64,000 bases of DNA from positions 4,478,234 to 4,542,233 of the forward strand of contig OZ245015.1 of NCBI GenBank assembly GCA_965223705.1, in the 5' to 3' direction. The DNA comes from Myxococcota bacterium. GTDB lineage: Bacteria; Myxococcota_A; UBA9160; UBA6930. The notes beneath the pieces are model-generated. The model was not told the DNA's origin. It was given only the letters and a program-made list of their open reading frames with translations, and ran no database searches. Both the position numbers and the translations under genes were made by a program. Positions 46,434-55,371 of the stretch are shown in pieces (the stretch's first letter is position 1; each line of letters begins with the position of its first letter).

Positions 46434-47582
46434 CTAGCCGTCCACCTTCGTACCCTCGGCCACGCGGCGGAGCGTTTCGATTCGCTCCCGTACGGAGTCC
46501 GGCAGCGATTCGCGATCCGCGGGAGCCCAATAGGCTACGAGCTCGATTTCGAGCACCCGCAAGGCTTCTCGAGCGATCTCGGTTCCGGGCGCGCGTTGAA
46601 TGGCGATTTCCAGGTAGTCGTCCCAGCGTTCATTCCACAAGGGGCGGCGAATACGCGACTCGGCCGCGCCGAGCAAGTAGTACGCGAGGGCGACCTCGCG
46701 CTCCGAGAGGCCGTCGGGATTCTCGAGCAGCCGGTACAGCACTCCGGAGCCGGCGATGTCGTAGACCAGACTCACACCGTCCGCTGGGAACAGACGAAGC
46801 TGGTCCCCGCGCTCGAGATAAGCGCGCGCCCGGTCGAGTGGGGCCGCTTCGGTAGCGACGAGCGGGACCTGTTTCAGCGTTCGGATCCAGTATTCGACTT
46901 CGCTGCTCAGGTACTTTCCGACGTCCTCGCGGTCGATGAGCGTCTCGAGAAAGAGCCGTGGCCGGTTCAAATCACCCCGGACCCGAATGTTCAAGACGAG
47001 GTAGTCCACGAGCAGCCCGTGAAGACTGACACCCGGGCTTTCGGCGTCGACGTTCTCGGCCAAGGCGAATTCGAGATCCCGTGCCGCGTCGTCGAATTGC
47101 CGGCTCGCCAACCGGACACGAAGCCGATCCGAGCGGGAGAGCGCGTCCATGTCGACCTTGGAAACGAGCTGATTGCCGATCGAGGAAGAGCCTCCGGCGG
47201 GAAGCCGGCTGTGGCACGAGACGCAACTGTCCAACAGGGGCCCCACCATGAACAAGGCGCCGTCGTCATTCTTCTCGCGAAGGAAGGTGCGCATTTGCGC
47301 AGCGTCCGCCGTGAGCGCATGCGCCGCCAATTCAAACGATTTCCCCTTCTCTTCTCCGTGGCGGGCGAGTGCGTCGGATTCGCGAACCAGCGCTTCGAGA
47401 GAGTGTCTCAACTTTTCGTAGAAACCGAGTTGGTCGCGCTGTCGACTGTCCGCCCAGAGAGGCAGGATGTCCTCCATGTGCGCAGCGATTCGTTTCATGT
47501 GGTTGCGCGTTTCTCGCTCTCCGGCGGCGGCGGAAACCGACATCCAACACAAGGCGACGATCAACCAGCCAATCTTCCACAT
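46434..47582 (-). CDS. Secreted monoheme cytochrome c, helical (paralog 2)
   Basis: Signal peptide; DSCVSCHSRLP. Confidence 0.8.
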   Translation of the reverse strand: MWKIGWLIVALCWMSVSAAAGERETRNHMKRIAAHMEDILPLWADSRQRDQLGFYEKLRHSLEALVRESDALARHGEEKGKSFELAAHALTADAAQMRTFLREKNDDGALFMVGPLLDSCVSCHSRLPAGGSSSIGNQLVSKVDMDALSRSDRLRVRLASRQFDDAARDLEFALAENVDAESPGVSLHGLLVDYLVLNIRVRGDLNRPRLFLETLIDREDVGKYLSSEVEYWIRTLKQVPLVATEAAPLDRARAYLERGDQLRLFPADGVSLVYDIAGSGVLYRLLENPDGLSEREVALAYYLLGAAESRIRRPLWNERWDDYLEIAIQRAPGTEIAREALRVLEIELVAYWAPADRESLPDSVRERIETLRRVAEGTKVDG

Positions 47583-47614
47583 CGGCACTTCTCCTTTGGC
47601 TAGCCCCCGATGGG

Positions 47615-47630
47615 TGCAACCGCCGTGCCG
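47615..47630 (-). promoter_or_regulatory. Sigma-54 promoter
   Basis: CGGCAC-GGCGG-TTGCA upstream of 47582. Confidence 0.75.
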
Positions 47631-47691
47631 TGGCGGACGCGTCCGTCGTGGCGCGCTGCCAACAACGGTGACTCGGCGCCACACGGGGCGT

Positions 47692-47707
47692 AGGCACGAC
47701 GATTGCA
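47692..47707 (+). promoter_or_regulatory. Sigma-54 promoter
   Basis: AGGCAC-GACGA-TTGCA upstream of hsp20. Confidence 0.72.
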
Positions 47708-47761
47708 ATTCCGCGTAGTGCCTTGCGCTCGAGGCGAATTCATTGAAGGAGATGATCCAGC

Positions 47762-48211
47762 ATGGAAAAAGAAAACCGCTCGCCGACGCCTTGGAGCCCG
47801 TTGTCCGAGCTCGACCCGTTCGTCGGCTGGCCTTTCCGAGGCAGGCCTTCTCTCTTGCGAGAGGATTTCTGGGGTCCGGGGAGAACCTTTGCGCCGGCGG
47901 TCGACGTCACAGAAGACGAGAGCCACTACGTCGTCACGGCGGAACTACCGGGAGCAGCGAAAGAAGACGTGACGGTTGAACTACACGAGGGGGTCCTGAC
48001 GATACGGGGGGAAAAGCGGAGTAGCCACGACGAAGAGAACGAGCAACGCCGGCATACAGAGCGCGTGTTCGGAACGTTCAGCCGCGCCTTCTCACTTCCT
48101 CCCGACGCAGACGGTGAACACATCCATGCGTCGTTCGAGCACGGCGTGCTGACCGTCAGGATCCCGAAGACCCAGGAAGCGAAGCCCCGTACGGTGGACA
48201 TCAAGGGGTAG
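47762..48211 (+). CDS. Hsp20/alpha-crystallin small heat shock protein
   Basis: PAVDV, AELPG, LTIRGEK, ERVFGTFSRAFSLP, GVLTVRIPK. Confidence 0.96.
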   Translation: MEKENRSPTPWSPLSELDPFVGWPFRGRPSLLREDFWGPGRTFAPAVDVTEDESHYVVTAELPGAAKEDVTVELHEGVLTIRGEKRSSHDEENEQRRHTERVFGTFSRAFSLPPDADGEHIHASFEHGVLTVRIPKTQEAKPRTVDIKG

Positions 48212-48271
48212 TACGAGAGGATCGGCCCGGAGGCGCGCGACGTCGCTCGCCGGGACGGGCCGAGCCTCGTC

Positions 48272-49171
48272 TCACTCCTCGGAGCTGTCCGCCTTCACAA
48301 CAATCACCGGACAGAGCGCTTTTCTGACGGTGCGCTCCGTCGTGCTTCCGAGCGTCCACCTCGCGAGACCCGAGCGGCCGTGGGATCCCATCACCATGAG
48401 ATCCGCACCGATGCGTTCGCTCTCCTCGAGGATCGCTCTCGCGGCGGGCCCGCGAACAAGGCGCGCCTGCGCTTCTTCCGGTAGCCCGACCACCCCCTCC
48501 CGAAGCGCCTCCAACTGTTCCTGGGCACGAAGTTCGATGTTGGTCTGAAGCTCGGAGGCCTCCGGTGGGAAATAGGGCGTGTATCCGGGGGCGAAATCGA
48601 TCGCGTGGAAGACTTCCAACCGCGCGCCGAAGGCGATTGCGAGTTCGGTCGCGACGGCTACGGCCACTTTCGAGTGCTCGGAAAAATCGACGGGTACAAA
48701 GATCTGACGTACTTGGGGCGTCCAACTCTTGGGCTCTTCCTTCACCACCATCACGGGACATGGCACGCGTTGGAGAATCCTCTCGGTCACGCTTCCGAGC
48801 ACTGCGTGTTTTAGCCCGCTGTAGCCGTGCGTTCCGACGACGACAAGATCCGCCCGGTGCCGCTCGACAGCGTTCACGGTCTCTCCGAGCGGGTCATTCG
48901 AACCGGCTACGTTCGTCGTGACCGGCGCGATCCCACCCGCAGAAGCTTCCTCTCGGAACTCGTCCATTCGCTCGTTTGTCGCGCGCCTCACGGCCTCCCA
49001 CACCGAGCTGGGAATCGTGACTCCATACGGTGACGCGACCGCGGGGAACGTCTCCGCGTGAACGAGATGGAGAGCTGCGCCGTCGAGCCCTGCCATGCGC
49101 ATGGCCCAGTGGAGGGCCGCGCGAGACGGCGCCGAAAAGTCCGTCGGGACAACGACGTTGCGGATCGACAT
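48272..49171 (-). CDS. Universal stress protein (tandem domains)
   Basis: VVVPTDFS, GTHG..LGSVTE, GSHGRSG..LGSTTE. Confidence 0.94.
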   Translation of the reverse strand: MSIRNVVVPTDFSAPSRAALHWAMRMAGLDGAALHLVHAETFPAVASPYGVTIPSSVWEAVRRATNERMDEFREEASAGGIAPVTTNVAGSNDPLGETVNAVERHRADLVVVGTHGYSGLKHAVLGSVTERILQRVPCPVMVVKEEPKSWTPQVRQIFVPVDFSEHSKVAVAVATELAIAFGARLEVFHAIDFAPGYTPYFPPEASELQTNIELRAQEQLEALREGVVGLPEEAQARLVRGPAARAILEESERIGADLMVMGSHGRSGLARWTLGSTTERTVRKALCPVIVVKADSSEE

Positions 49172-49213
49172 GGGGAGACCTCCTCGAAAGGCCCTCAAGT
49201 GTGACGTGTTGAG

Positions 49214-49229
49214 AGCAAGACCTGTGCCG
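49214..49229 (-). promoter_or_regulatory. Sigma-54 promoter
   Basis: CGGCAC-AGGTC-TTGCT upstream of 49171. Confidence 0.75.
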
Positions 49230-49240
49230 CGCACCCGCCA

Positions 49241-49276
49241 CGAGGCGCAATGCCCCATCTGTGGCGTGTTGTCTCG
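49241..49276. promoter_or_regulatory. Tandem 17-bp palindromic boxes
   Basis: CGAGGC-GCAAT-GCCCCA and TGTGGC-GTGTT-GTCTCG. Confidence 0.6.
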
Positions 49277-49293
49277 CGAACGATAGCGGTGCG

Positions 49294-49309
49294 TGGCACG
49301 TCGGTTGCA
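49294..49309 (+). promoter_or_regulatory. Sigma-54 promoter
   Basis: TGGCAC-GTCGG-TTGCA, consensus match, upstream of 49339. Confidence 0.82.
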
Positions 49310-49338
49310 CCGGTTCCGGTGAGAAACGGAGGGCCTTG

Positions 49339-50499
49339 ATGCCGAAGCTACCCGCTTGGTTCGTCGCGTTGTTGGTCTGCAGCATTCCGGCCCTCGCACA
49401 TAGCGAAGATCCGGAGACGCGTTCCCACATGAGAGGGATTGCGTCGGACCTACAGCGCATTCTGCCCTTCTGGCTCGAGGACGATCCGTTTCCCGACACC
49501 CAGTCCCGCGAGACCTTCCGCCAGAGCGCGACATCCCTGGCCTCGCGCGCGGATCAGCTCGAATCGCACGGCACGAAACGAGGCGAAGCGTTCGAGCTCT
49601 TTGCGAGGTCTCTCCGGAACGACGCCATGTCGCTCCGGCAACACGTAGAAGCCGGGGAGTTCGGCTCCGCGCAAGCGCAAATCGGGCCGCTGCTGGAGAA
49701 CTGCATCGGTTGCCACGCCCGGCTGCCGTCCGTGGGCGAGTCACCGCTCAGTGCCCAGCTCGTCGCGTCCGTCCGCCAGGATTCATTGACACCTGCGAAC
49801 CGCTTGCGTCTGCGCATGGCCACTCGGCAGTTCGATCTCGCCATCGCCGAGCTCGAAACCATGCTGACGCAAGAAGTGGAAGATCGCGCCGACGGTGCTC
49901 CGCTCAAGTTGAGCCTACACGGCGGCTTGGTCGACTACCTGATCCTCAATGTTCGCGTCCGAAACAACCTCGAACGCCCGCGCGCATTCTTGACAGCATT
50001 CGCGGCTCGGGGCGGCGTGAGCGACTATTTGAAGAGCGACGTGGAACAGTGGGTCGCGAGCCTACACCGGATTCCAGAAGTAACGAACGCTGTCGCAAGC
50101 CCGCTCGCCAAAGCCAAGCGGCTACTCGAACGCGGTGAGGAGCTCCGAGCGTTTCCCGCCGATTCCTCCGGGCTTGCGTACGACATCGTCGCATCGGGCT
50201 GGATCTACCGACTGCTCGAAACAAGCGATCGCAACATCACGGACGCGGAACTCGCCGAGGCCTACTACATCCTCGGTGCGACGGAGTCGCGCATTCTCCG
50301 CCCGTCGTGGAATGACCGCTGGGACGACTACCTCGAGATGGCGATCCGCAAGGCGCCGGGCAGCGAGATCGCATGGCGCGCTTACCGATTGCTCGAGAAT
50401 GAAACGCTGGCGTACTGGACGCCCTCTTGGACTTCCACGCTTCCCACTTCGGTTCGAACGCGGCTCAACGAACTCCGCGTCTTGGCCGAGGGGCAATAG
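49339..50499 (+). CDS. Secreted monoheme cytochrome c, helical (paralog 3)
   Basis: Signal peptide; ENCIGCHARLP. Confidence 0.8.
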   Translation: MPKLPAWFVALLVCSIPALAHSEDPETRSHMRGIASDLQRILPFWLEDDPFPDTQSRETFRQSATSLASRADQLESHGTKRGEAFELFARSLRNDAMSLRQHVEAGEFGSAQAQIGPLLENCIGCHARLPSVGESPLSAQLVASVRQDSLTPANRLRLRMATRQFDLAIAELETMLTQEVEDRADGAPLKLSLHGGLVDYLILNVRVRNNLERPRAFLTAFAARGGVSDYLKSDVEQWVASLHRIPEVTNAVASPLAKAKRLLERGEELRAFPADSSGLAYDIVASGWIYRLLETSDRNITDAELAEAYYILGATESRILRPSWNDRWDDYLEMAIRKAPGSEIAWRAYRLLENETLAYWTPSWTSTLPTSVRTRLNELRVLAEGQ

Positions 50500-50510
50500 G
50501 AGAAGACTCA

Positions 50511-50975
50511 ATGGAAACCCGAACGAAATCCGACGTCGTCATGGAAGGCTTTGTCGCAGGGCTGCTGGGGGCGGCTTCGGTGATGGTGGTGTACTGGGCG
50601 ACGGATATTGTGTTCGCGAAGCCCTTTTACACGCCCGCTTCGTTGCAAGCACTCCTCTTTGAAGGTCCGGACGCGGTCCCCGGCGCCACGCTCGGCGTTG
50701 CGGAAACCATGGGCTTCACCCTGCTCCACTTCATCGCATGGATCGCTGCTGGTTGTGTCGCATCGCTCTTGGTTTCCGCTACCGACGCCACTCGCGGGTC
50801 CTGGTACTTCGTCACCATCGGTGTGACCGCGGCGTTCTGCGCCTTTATCTGGGCAACCGGCGTTTGGCGAATCGACGGTTTCGATTCGAATCACTTGTGG
50901 GTCGGCGCCCTGATCGGAAGCGGCGTCATGGCGGGGTTTTTCGCCTGGAAGCATCCGCAGGTGATCACGCGTTAG
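50511..50975 (+). CDS. Hypothetical membrane protein (about 4 TM)
   Basis: AGGAG RBS; hydrophobic segments; PFYTPASL. Confidence 0.7.
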   Translation: METRTKSDVVMEGFVAGLLGAASVMVVYWATDIVFAKPFYTPASLQALLFEGPDAVPGATLGVAETMGFTLLHFIAWIAAGCVASLLVSATDATRGSWYFVTIGVTAAFCAFIWATGVWRIDGFDSNHLWVGALIGSGVMAGFFAWKHPQVITR

Positions 50976-51007
50976 CGAGGCGTCTGCGCCGCACGTCGGG
51001 CGTTGGG

Positions 51008-51892
51008 TTAGGCGTCTGCCCCGCACGTCAGTACGGGGCAGTGCGCATACCGAGCGACCCGCGTTGCTACACTCCCGAGCAGGAGCTTGCGGAATCGCGT
51101 CCGTCCACGGGTACCCATCACAATCAAACCCGATGCGTTGGATTCGGCGCGCTCCACGATCTCCCGGGCCGCGTTGCCAACGGTGACTTGGAACGACGTC
51201 TTGACACCCTGCTCCTCCAGCGACTTCATCTCGTTGTGGATCTCTTGACGAGCGGCCTCGCGGATTTTCTCGCGGTCGTGGTTTGGAATCGGAATATCGA
51301 GAAACGCCGGCGGCACGTGTTCATAGACGTGGAGCAACTCGACTTCGGCGCCGTAGGCCCGCGCGAGCTTGCCCGCGACTGCAACGGCTTGGCGAGATTC
51401 ACCAGAGAAATCCGTCGGTACCAGGATCTGTTGAAGCGAGTCCCCTAGTGCGTGATCCGCTTTCACCGTGAGCACGGGGATCGACGCGATCCCGACGATC
51501 TTCTCCGTCGTGCTTCCGAGGAGCCCAACTTCAAGCCCCGAGTACCCATGAGAACCCATGACGATGACCGAGGCGTCCCAGCGCGACGCGGAATCCGCAA
51601 TCGCTTCCGCAACGACCGATCCATCTTCGACCAGTTCCGACGAGGCTTGAATCCGATGATCGGACACTTCGCGGACGGCCTTCTCGAGCAAGCCCCTCGC
51701 TTTCGACGACCACTCGTCGGACCATTCTTCCGAAACCGAGAGTTCGAGCCCGGCGGGAAACGCCTGGGGCGGCGGCGCGACGTGGAGTATCCGAACTTCG
51801 CCGCCCACCGCTGCAGCGAGACTGCGCGCCGACGCAAGTGCCGCATCGGAGTGAGGCGAGAAATCGTGAGGAACGAGAATTCTTGAAAACAC
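51008..51892 (-). CDS. Universal stress protein (tandem domains)
   Basis: ILVPHDFS, GSHG..LGSTTE, GTRG..LGSVA. Confidence 0.94.
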   Translation of the reverse strand: MFSRILVPHDFSPHSDAALASARSLAAAVGGEVRILHVAPPPQAFPAGLELSVSEEWSDEWSSKARGLLEKAVREVSDHRIQASSELVEDGSVVAEAIADSASRWDASVIVMGSHGYSGLEVGLLGSTTEKIVGIASIPVLTVKADHALGDSLQQILVPTDFSGESRQAVAVAGKLARAYGAEVELLHVYEHVPPAFLDIPIPNHDREKIREAARQEIHNEMKSLEEQGVKTSFQVTVGNAAREIVERAESNASGLIVMGTRGRTRFRKLLLGSVATRVARYAHCPVLTCGADA

Positions 51893-51937
51893 GGGATCAC
51901 TCCTGGTTGGTCCGCCTGCGCGGTGGCCCCAGTGCAC

Positions 51938-51993
51938 TGCATGCCCCGTGCCAGAAGGCTTGAGACGAAATGACACACGGCACGAGTCTTGCT
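51938..51993. promoter_or_regulatory. Back-to-back sigma-54 promoters flanking one 17-bp palindrome
   Basis: minus TGGCAC-GGGGC-ATGCA (51938-51953); TGAGAC-GAAAT-GACACA (51961-51977); plus CGGCAC-GAGTC-TTGCT (51978-51993). Confidence 0.72.
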
Positions 51994-52020
51994 CGTGAGA
52001 AGCGTAACGGAGGAAGGCGC

Positions 52021-52488
52021 ATGCTCTGTTACTTGGTCGCGACCGACTTCTCCCCAGAAGCGGATCACGTGATTCGATGCGTGCTGGATCTCGCCAGGAA
52101 GCACCCGGTCAAGGTCATCCTCATCCACTCGACCGATCCTCTGGGATCGCTGTCTCCGCCCGTCGATGCGTGGAGCACGGCGATTCAACGCGCGCGGCGT
52201 TCGCTGTCGCGGTGGCGTCGTGCGATCGAGGCCGAAGGGCACGCCTGCGACACGGTCCTCTCCGCCCGAGCCCCGGCCGAGGCGATCGCGCGTTGTGCGG
52301 ACGAGTGGACCGCAGAGCTCATTGCGATTTCGTCGCGTAGTTCTCGCGGAGATCCCAACGAACTGGGCCACGTGACGAAACGCGTACTGGAGCTCGCGAG
52401 ATGCCCGGTGATGGTGGTCCCGGCAGAGAACGAGGGGAATCTACCGGGCCGCCAGGCGAGCGACTTCGCCGAGCAGCGCTTCGTTTGA
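52021..52488 (+). CDS. Universal stress protein (single domain)
   Basis: LVATDFS..LGHVTKRVLELARCPVMVV. Confidence 0.85.
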   Translation: MLCYLVATDFSPEADHVIRCVLDLARKHPVKVILIHSTDPLGSLSPPVDAWSTAIQRARRSLSRWRRAIEAEGHACDTVLSARAPAEAIARCADEWTAELIAISSRSSRGDPNELGHVTKRVLELARCPVMVVPAENEGNLPGRQASDFAEQRFV

Positions 52489-54333
52489 GAATGGCTTCGC
52501 CAGCAGCGGAAAACCGGAGTCGATGGCGCCTCGCGCCTCGAGTGCGCGATTCGGATAGCCCGACATGAGGAGGATGGGAAGACTCGGCAGAACACCGCGC
52601 AAGCGGCGCGCGAGTTCGACGCCGGTCATACCGGGCATCACGACGTCGGAAAGCAAGAGATCGATTTCGGATGGCCTCGAGGCGGCGCGGTCGAGGGCTT
52701 CTTCGGGTGTCGTCGCGACCCACACCGTGTGGCCGGCGCCCTCGAGAACTTCTCGCGCAAGATCTCGAACGAGCGCGTCGTCCTCGACGAGGAGAATCGT
52801 TGCGCGTCGATCGTCCCGCTGCGGTGACGGGCCGATACCCCCTCGCTCGGCAAGCGGTGAAGCTGCCAAGGGAATCACCACGTCAAAACGACTTCCCTCG
52901 CCCTCTCGGGTCGTAACGTCGAGACCCCAACCGCTCTGCTTCACGATTCCGTGGACGGTCGACAAGCCCAGACCGGTTCCTTTGCCCACTTCTTTCGTCG
53001 TGAAGAAAGGCTCGAAGATGCGCTCCACGATTTCCGGGGGCATCCCCACCCCGTTGTCGGAAATCGAGAGCTTGGCGGAAGGGCCGGGGGCCATCTCCAA
53101 GCGGCTCGCATCGTCGGCCTCGACGTTTACAAGCCCGGTCTCGATGCGAAGCGTCCCCCCATCGGGCAGCGCGTCTCCCGCGTTCACGATCAGGTTCATC
53201 GTGACTTGATCGAGGAGCGTCGGATCCGCGCGAATGGGCAGCGGTTCGGGGTGCAACGACGTTTCGACTTCGATGTCTTCACCGATAATTCGCTCCGTCA
53301 GATCGATGACCTGCAAGACAGAGCGATTCATGTCGAGCGATTCGGGTTGCGTGACGTGGCGCCGCCCGAACGCCAGCAGCTGTTGGGTAAGCGCGGCACC
53401 ACGCTCCGCCGCCTGTGTGATGCGGCGGACGGCGCGCTGCGATCGGTCGTCCGCCGCGAGCCGGCCGGCGATGAGATCCGCCGACCCGTGGATCGACGTC
53501 AAGAGATTGTTGAAGTCGTGCGCGACGCCACCGGCGAGCTGGCCGACCGCTTCCATCCGTTGTGCCTGAATCACTTGCCGCTGGAGTTCGCGCCGCTCGC
53601 TGACATCGAGAATCAACGCCACGAACTCATGCGCGCTCGCGTCGTGGTGGAGATGGACCTCCACATCGTAGTCGGATCCGTCTTTTCGCCGATGCGTCGT
53701 TTCGAAGGTGAGTGCGGACTTGCCGCCGCTCTTCACCGGCTCGATCAACTCTCGGAAGGCCGCATCATCGAATTTCGGCTTGATGTCGACCGGCGTCATC
53801 TCCCGCAGCTCATCGATTCGGTAGCCCAGATTTTCCCGCGCTCTTCGATTGGCTTGGAGAAAGCGGAGGGTTTCGTCATCGAAGACGAAAATCTCATTGA
53901 GTGCGTCTTCGACGATGCGGCCGAGGCGTATCGCCTCGTTGTCCCGAGTCCGCGTTTCCGTCAGATCGCGGAGAATTCCGGTAAACAAACGGCGGTCGCC
54001 GATCTGGCTCTCACCGACCGCCAGATGTGCGGGAAACACCGTGCCGTCTTTTCGTCTCGCTTCGACGTCGCGGCCGATTCCGATGATGTGGGCTCTGCCG
54101 GTCTTCGCGTAGGTTTCGAGATAGCTGTCGTGCCGGTCGGCGATGTCCGAGGGCATCAGGATCGATACGTTCTTCCCGACCAGCTCACTCGCCTCGTACC
54201 CGAAGAGCGTCCTGGTCGCGCGATTCACCTGCTCGATGGTTCCTCGCTCATCGATTGTGATGACGGCGTCAATCGCGGTGTCGAGGACCGCCTCGGCGCG
54301 CGCGAGCCGCTCGCGGAGCGAATCGTTTTCCAC
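52441..54333 (-). CDS. Hybrid sensor histidine kinase with FixL-like heme-PAS, second PAS and receiver
   Basis: GKNVSILMP..RHDSYL..TG..HIIGIGR..RKDG; VAHDFNN; NAGDA, DNGVG, GTGLGL; LLSDVVMP. Confidence 0.92.
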   Translation of the reverse strand: MENDSLRERLARAEAVLDTAIDAVITIDERGTIEQVNRATRTLFGYEASELVGKNVSILMPSDIADRHDSYLETYAKTGRAHIIGIGRDVEARRKDGTVFPAHLAVGESQIGDRRLFTGILRDLTETRTRDNEAIRLGRIVEDALNEIFVFDDETLRFLQANRRARENLGYRIDELREMTPVDIKPKFDDAAFRELIEPVKSGGKSALTFETTHRRKDGSDYDVEVHLHHDASAHEFVALILDVSERRELQRQVIQAQRMEAVGQLAGGVAHDFNNLLTSIHGSADLIAGRLAADDRSQRAVRRITQAAERGAALTQQLLAFGRRHVTQPESLDMNRSVLQVIDLTERIIGEDIEVETSLHPEPLPIRADPTLLDQVTMNLIVNAGDALPDGGTLRIETGLVNVEADDASRLEMAPGPSAKLSISDNGVGMPPEIVERIFEPFFTTKEVGKGTGLGLSTVHGIVKQSGWGLDVTTREGEGSRFDVVIPLAASPLAERGGIGPSPQRDDRRATILLVEDDALVRDLAREVLEGAGHTVWVATTPEEALDRAASRPSEIDLLLSDVVMPGMTGVELARRLRGVLPSLPILLMSGYPNRALEARGAIDSGFPLLAKPFSNEALLGEVARLAAR

Positions 54334-54374
54334 CCCTCGACCATACCCCACGCGCCGTTCTGGCGACGCTGTGT

Positions 54375-55268
54375 CTAGGGATTGACGGTCAACACGGAGC
54401 AAGGCGCCGTGCGAACGACACGCTCGGCGACGCTCCCGAGAAGCACGTGTTTGATTCCCGTGTGACCGTGCGTCCCCATGACGACGAGGTCGGCACCGAT
54501 CGCTTTTGCGCGCTCGTTGATGATCCCCGGCGCCCAACCTTCCTGTACGTACGTATCGATCGACACTTTCTCGCGGGTTAGGGATTCCTCGAGCTCTTTC
54601 ACGCGCTTTTGCGCAGCCTGGCGAACCGCCATGAGGTACTCGGTCGACAACGGGACACCGTAGGGCGCCGCAGTGGTCGTCGGCGACTGGGTCACATGGA
54701 CGATTTCCACGGAGGCGCCGTGATCTTCCGCGAGATCCATCGCGAACGACGCGGCGAAGGCGGCGGGTTCGGAGAAATCCGTCGCGACAATCATCTTCTT
54801 GATGGGTTCGCGCTGTTTTTCCTCACTTCCCTTCACGCAAAACACCGGAGCGTGAATGGTGCGCAGCGTCTTTTCCGTAACGCTCCCGAGCATCAAATGC
54901 TTGATCCCGGAATACCCGTGCGTCCCCATGACGATCATGTCGCCTTCTTTCGCCTGGTACGTGGTTTCGATGGCGTCGATCGGTGCGTCTTCGACCACCG
55001 TCTCCGTCACGTGAAGGCCGGCTCCGCGCGCTCGATTGGCCGCGACGGCGAGGTCGGTTTCGGCGTTTTCTCGCATGCGCTCCCATGCCCCGTCCGCCAT
55101 CGAACTCGAGAATTCGTGCCGGAAGCCGCTCATATCGAGGGGGAGGATCGCGTGGACCAGGTGGAGCCAGGCATTCGCGCGCTCGCCAATCGCGATCGCA
55201 CGGGTGAGCGCAGCCTCCGAGACGTCGGAAAAATCAAGAGGGACGACGATGTTCGAGATTTGCGACAT
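54375..55268 (-). CDS. Universal stress protein (tandem domains)
   Basis: VVPLDFS, GTHG..LGSVTE, GTHG..LGSVAE..APCSVL. Confidence 0.94.
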   Translation of the reverse strand: MSQISNIVVPLDFSDVSEAALTRAIAIGERANAWLHLVHAILPLDMSGFRHEFSSSMADGAWERMRENAETDLAVAANRARGAGLHVTETVVEDAPIDAIETTYQAKEGDMIVMGTHGYSGIKHLMLGSVTEKTLRTIHAPVFCVKGSEEKQREPIKKMIVATDFSEPAAFAASFAMDLAEDHGASVEIVHVTQSPTTTAAPYGVPLSTEYLMAVRQAAQKRVKELEESLTREKVSIDTYVQEGWAPGIINERAKAIGADLVVMGTHGHTGIKHVLLGSVAERVVRTAPCSVLTVNP

Positions 55269-55294
55269 GGGAAACTCCTTCGATTTCCTGAAAG

Positions 55295-55353
55295 AGCAAG
55301 TCGTGTGCCAATTGGCGCCTCACCGCCGGCCGGCGGTGAGGCGTTTTGTCCCA
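55295..55353 (-). promoter_or_regulatory. Sigma-54 promoter plus upstream 17-bp palindrome
   Basis: TGGCAC-ACGAC-TTGCT (55295-55310 minus); TGAGGC-GTTTT-GTCCCA (55337-55353). Confidence 0.78.
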
Positions 55354-55371
55354 TCGGCGCAGCGAAGAGAG

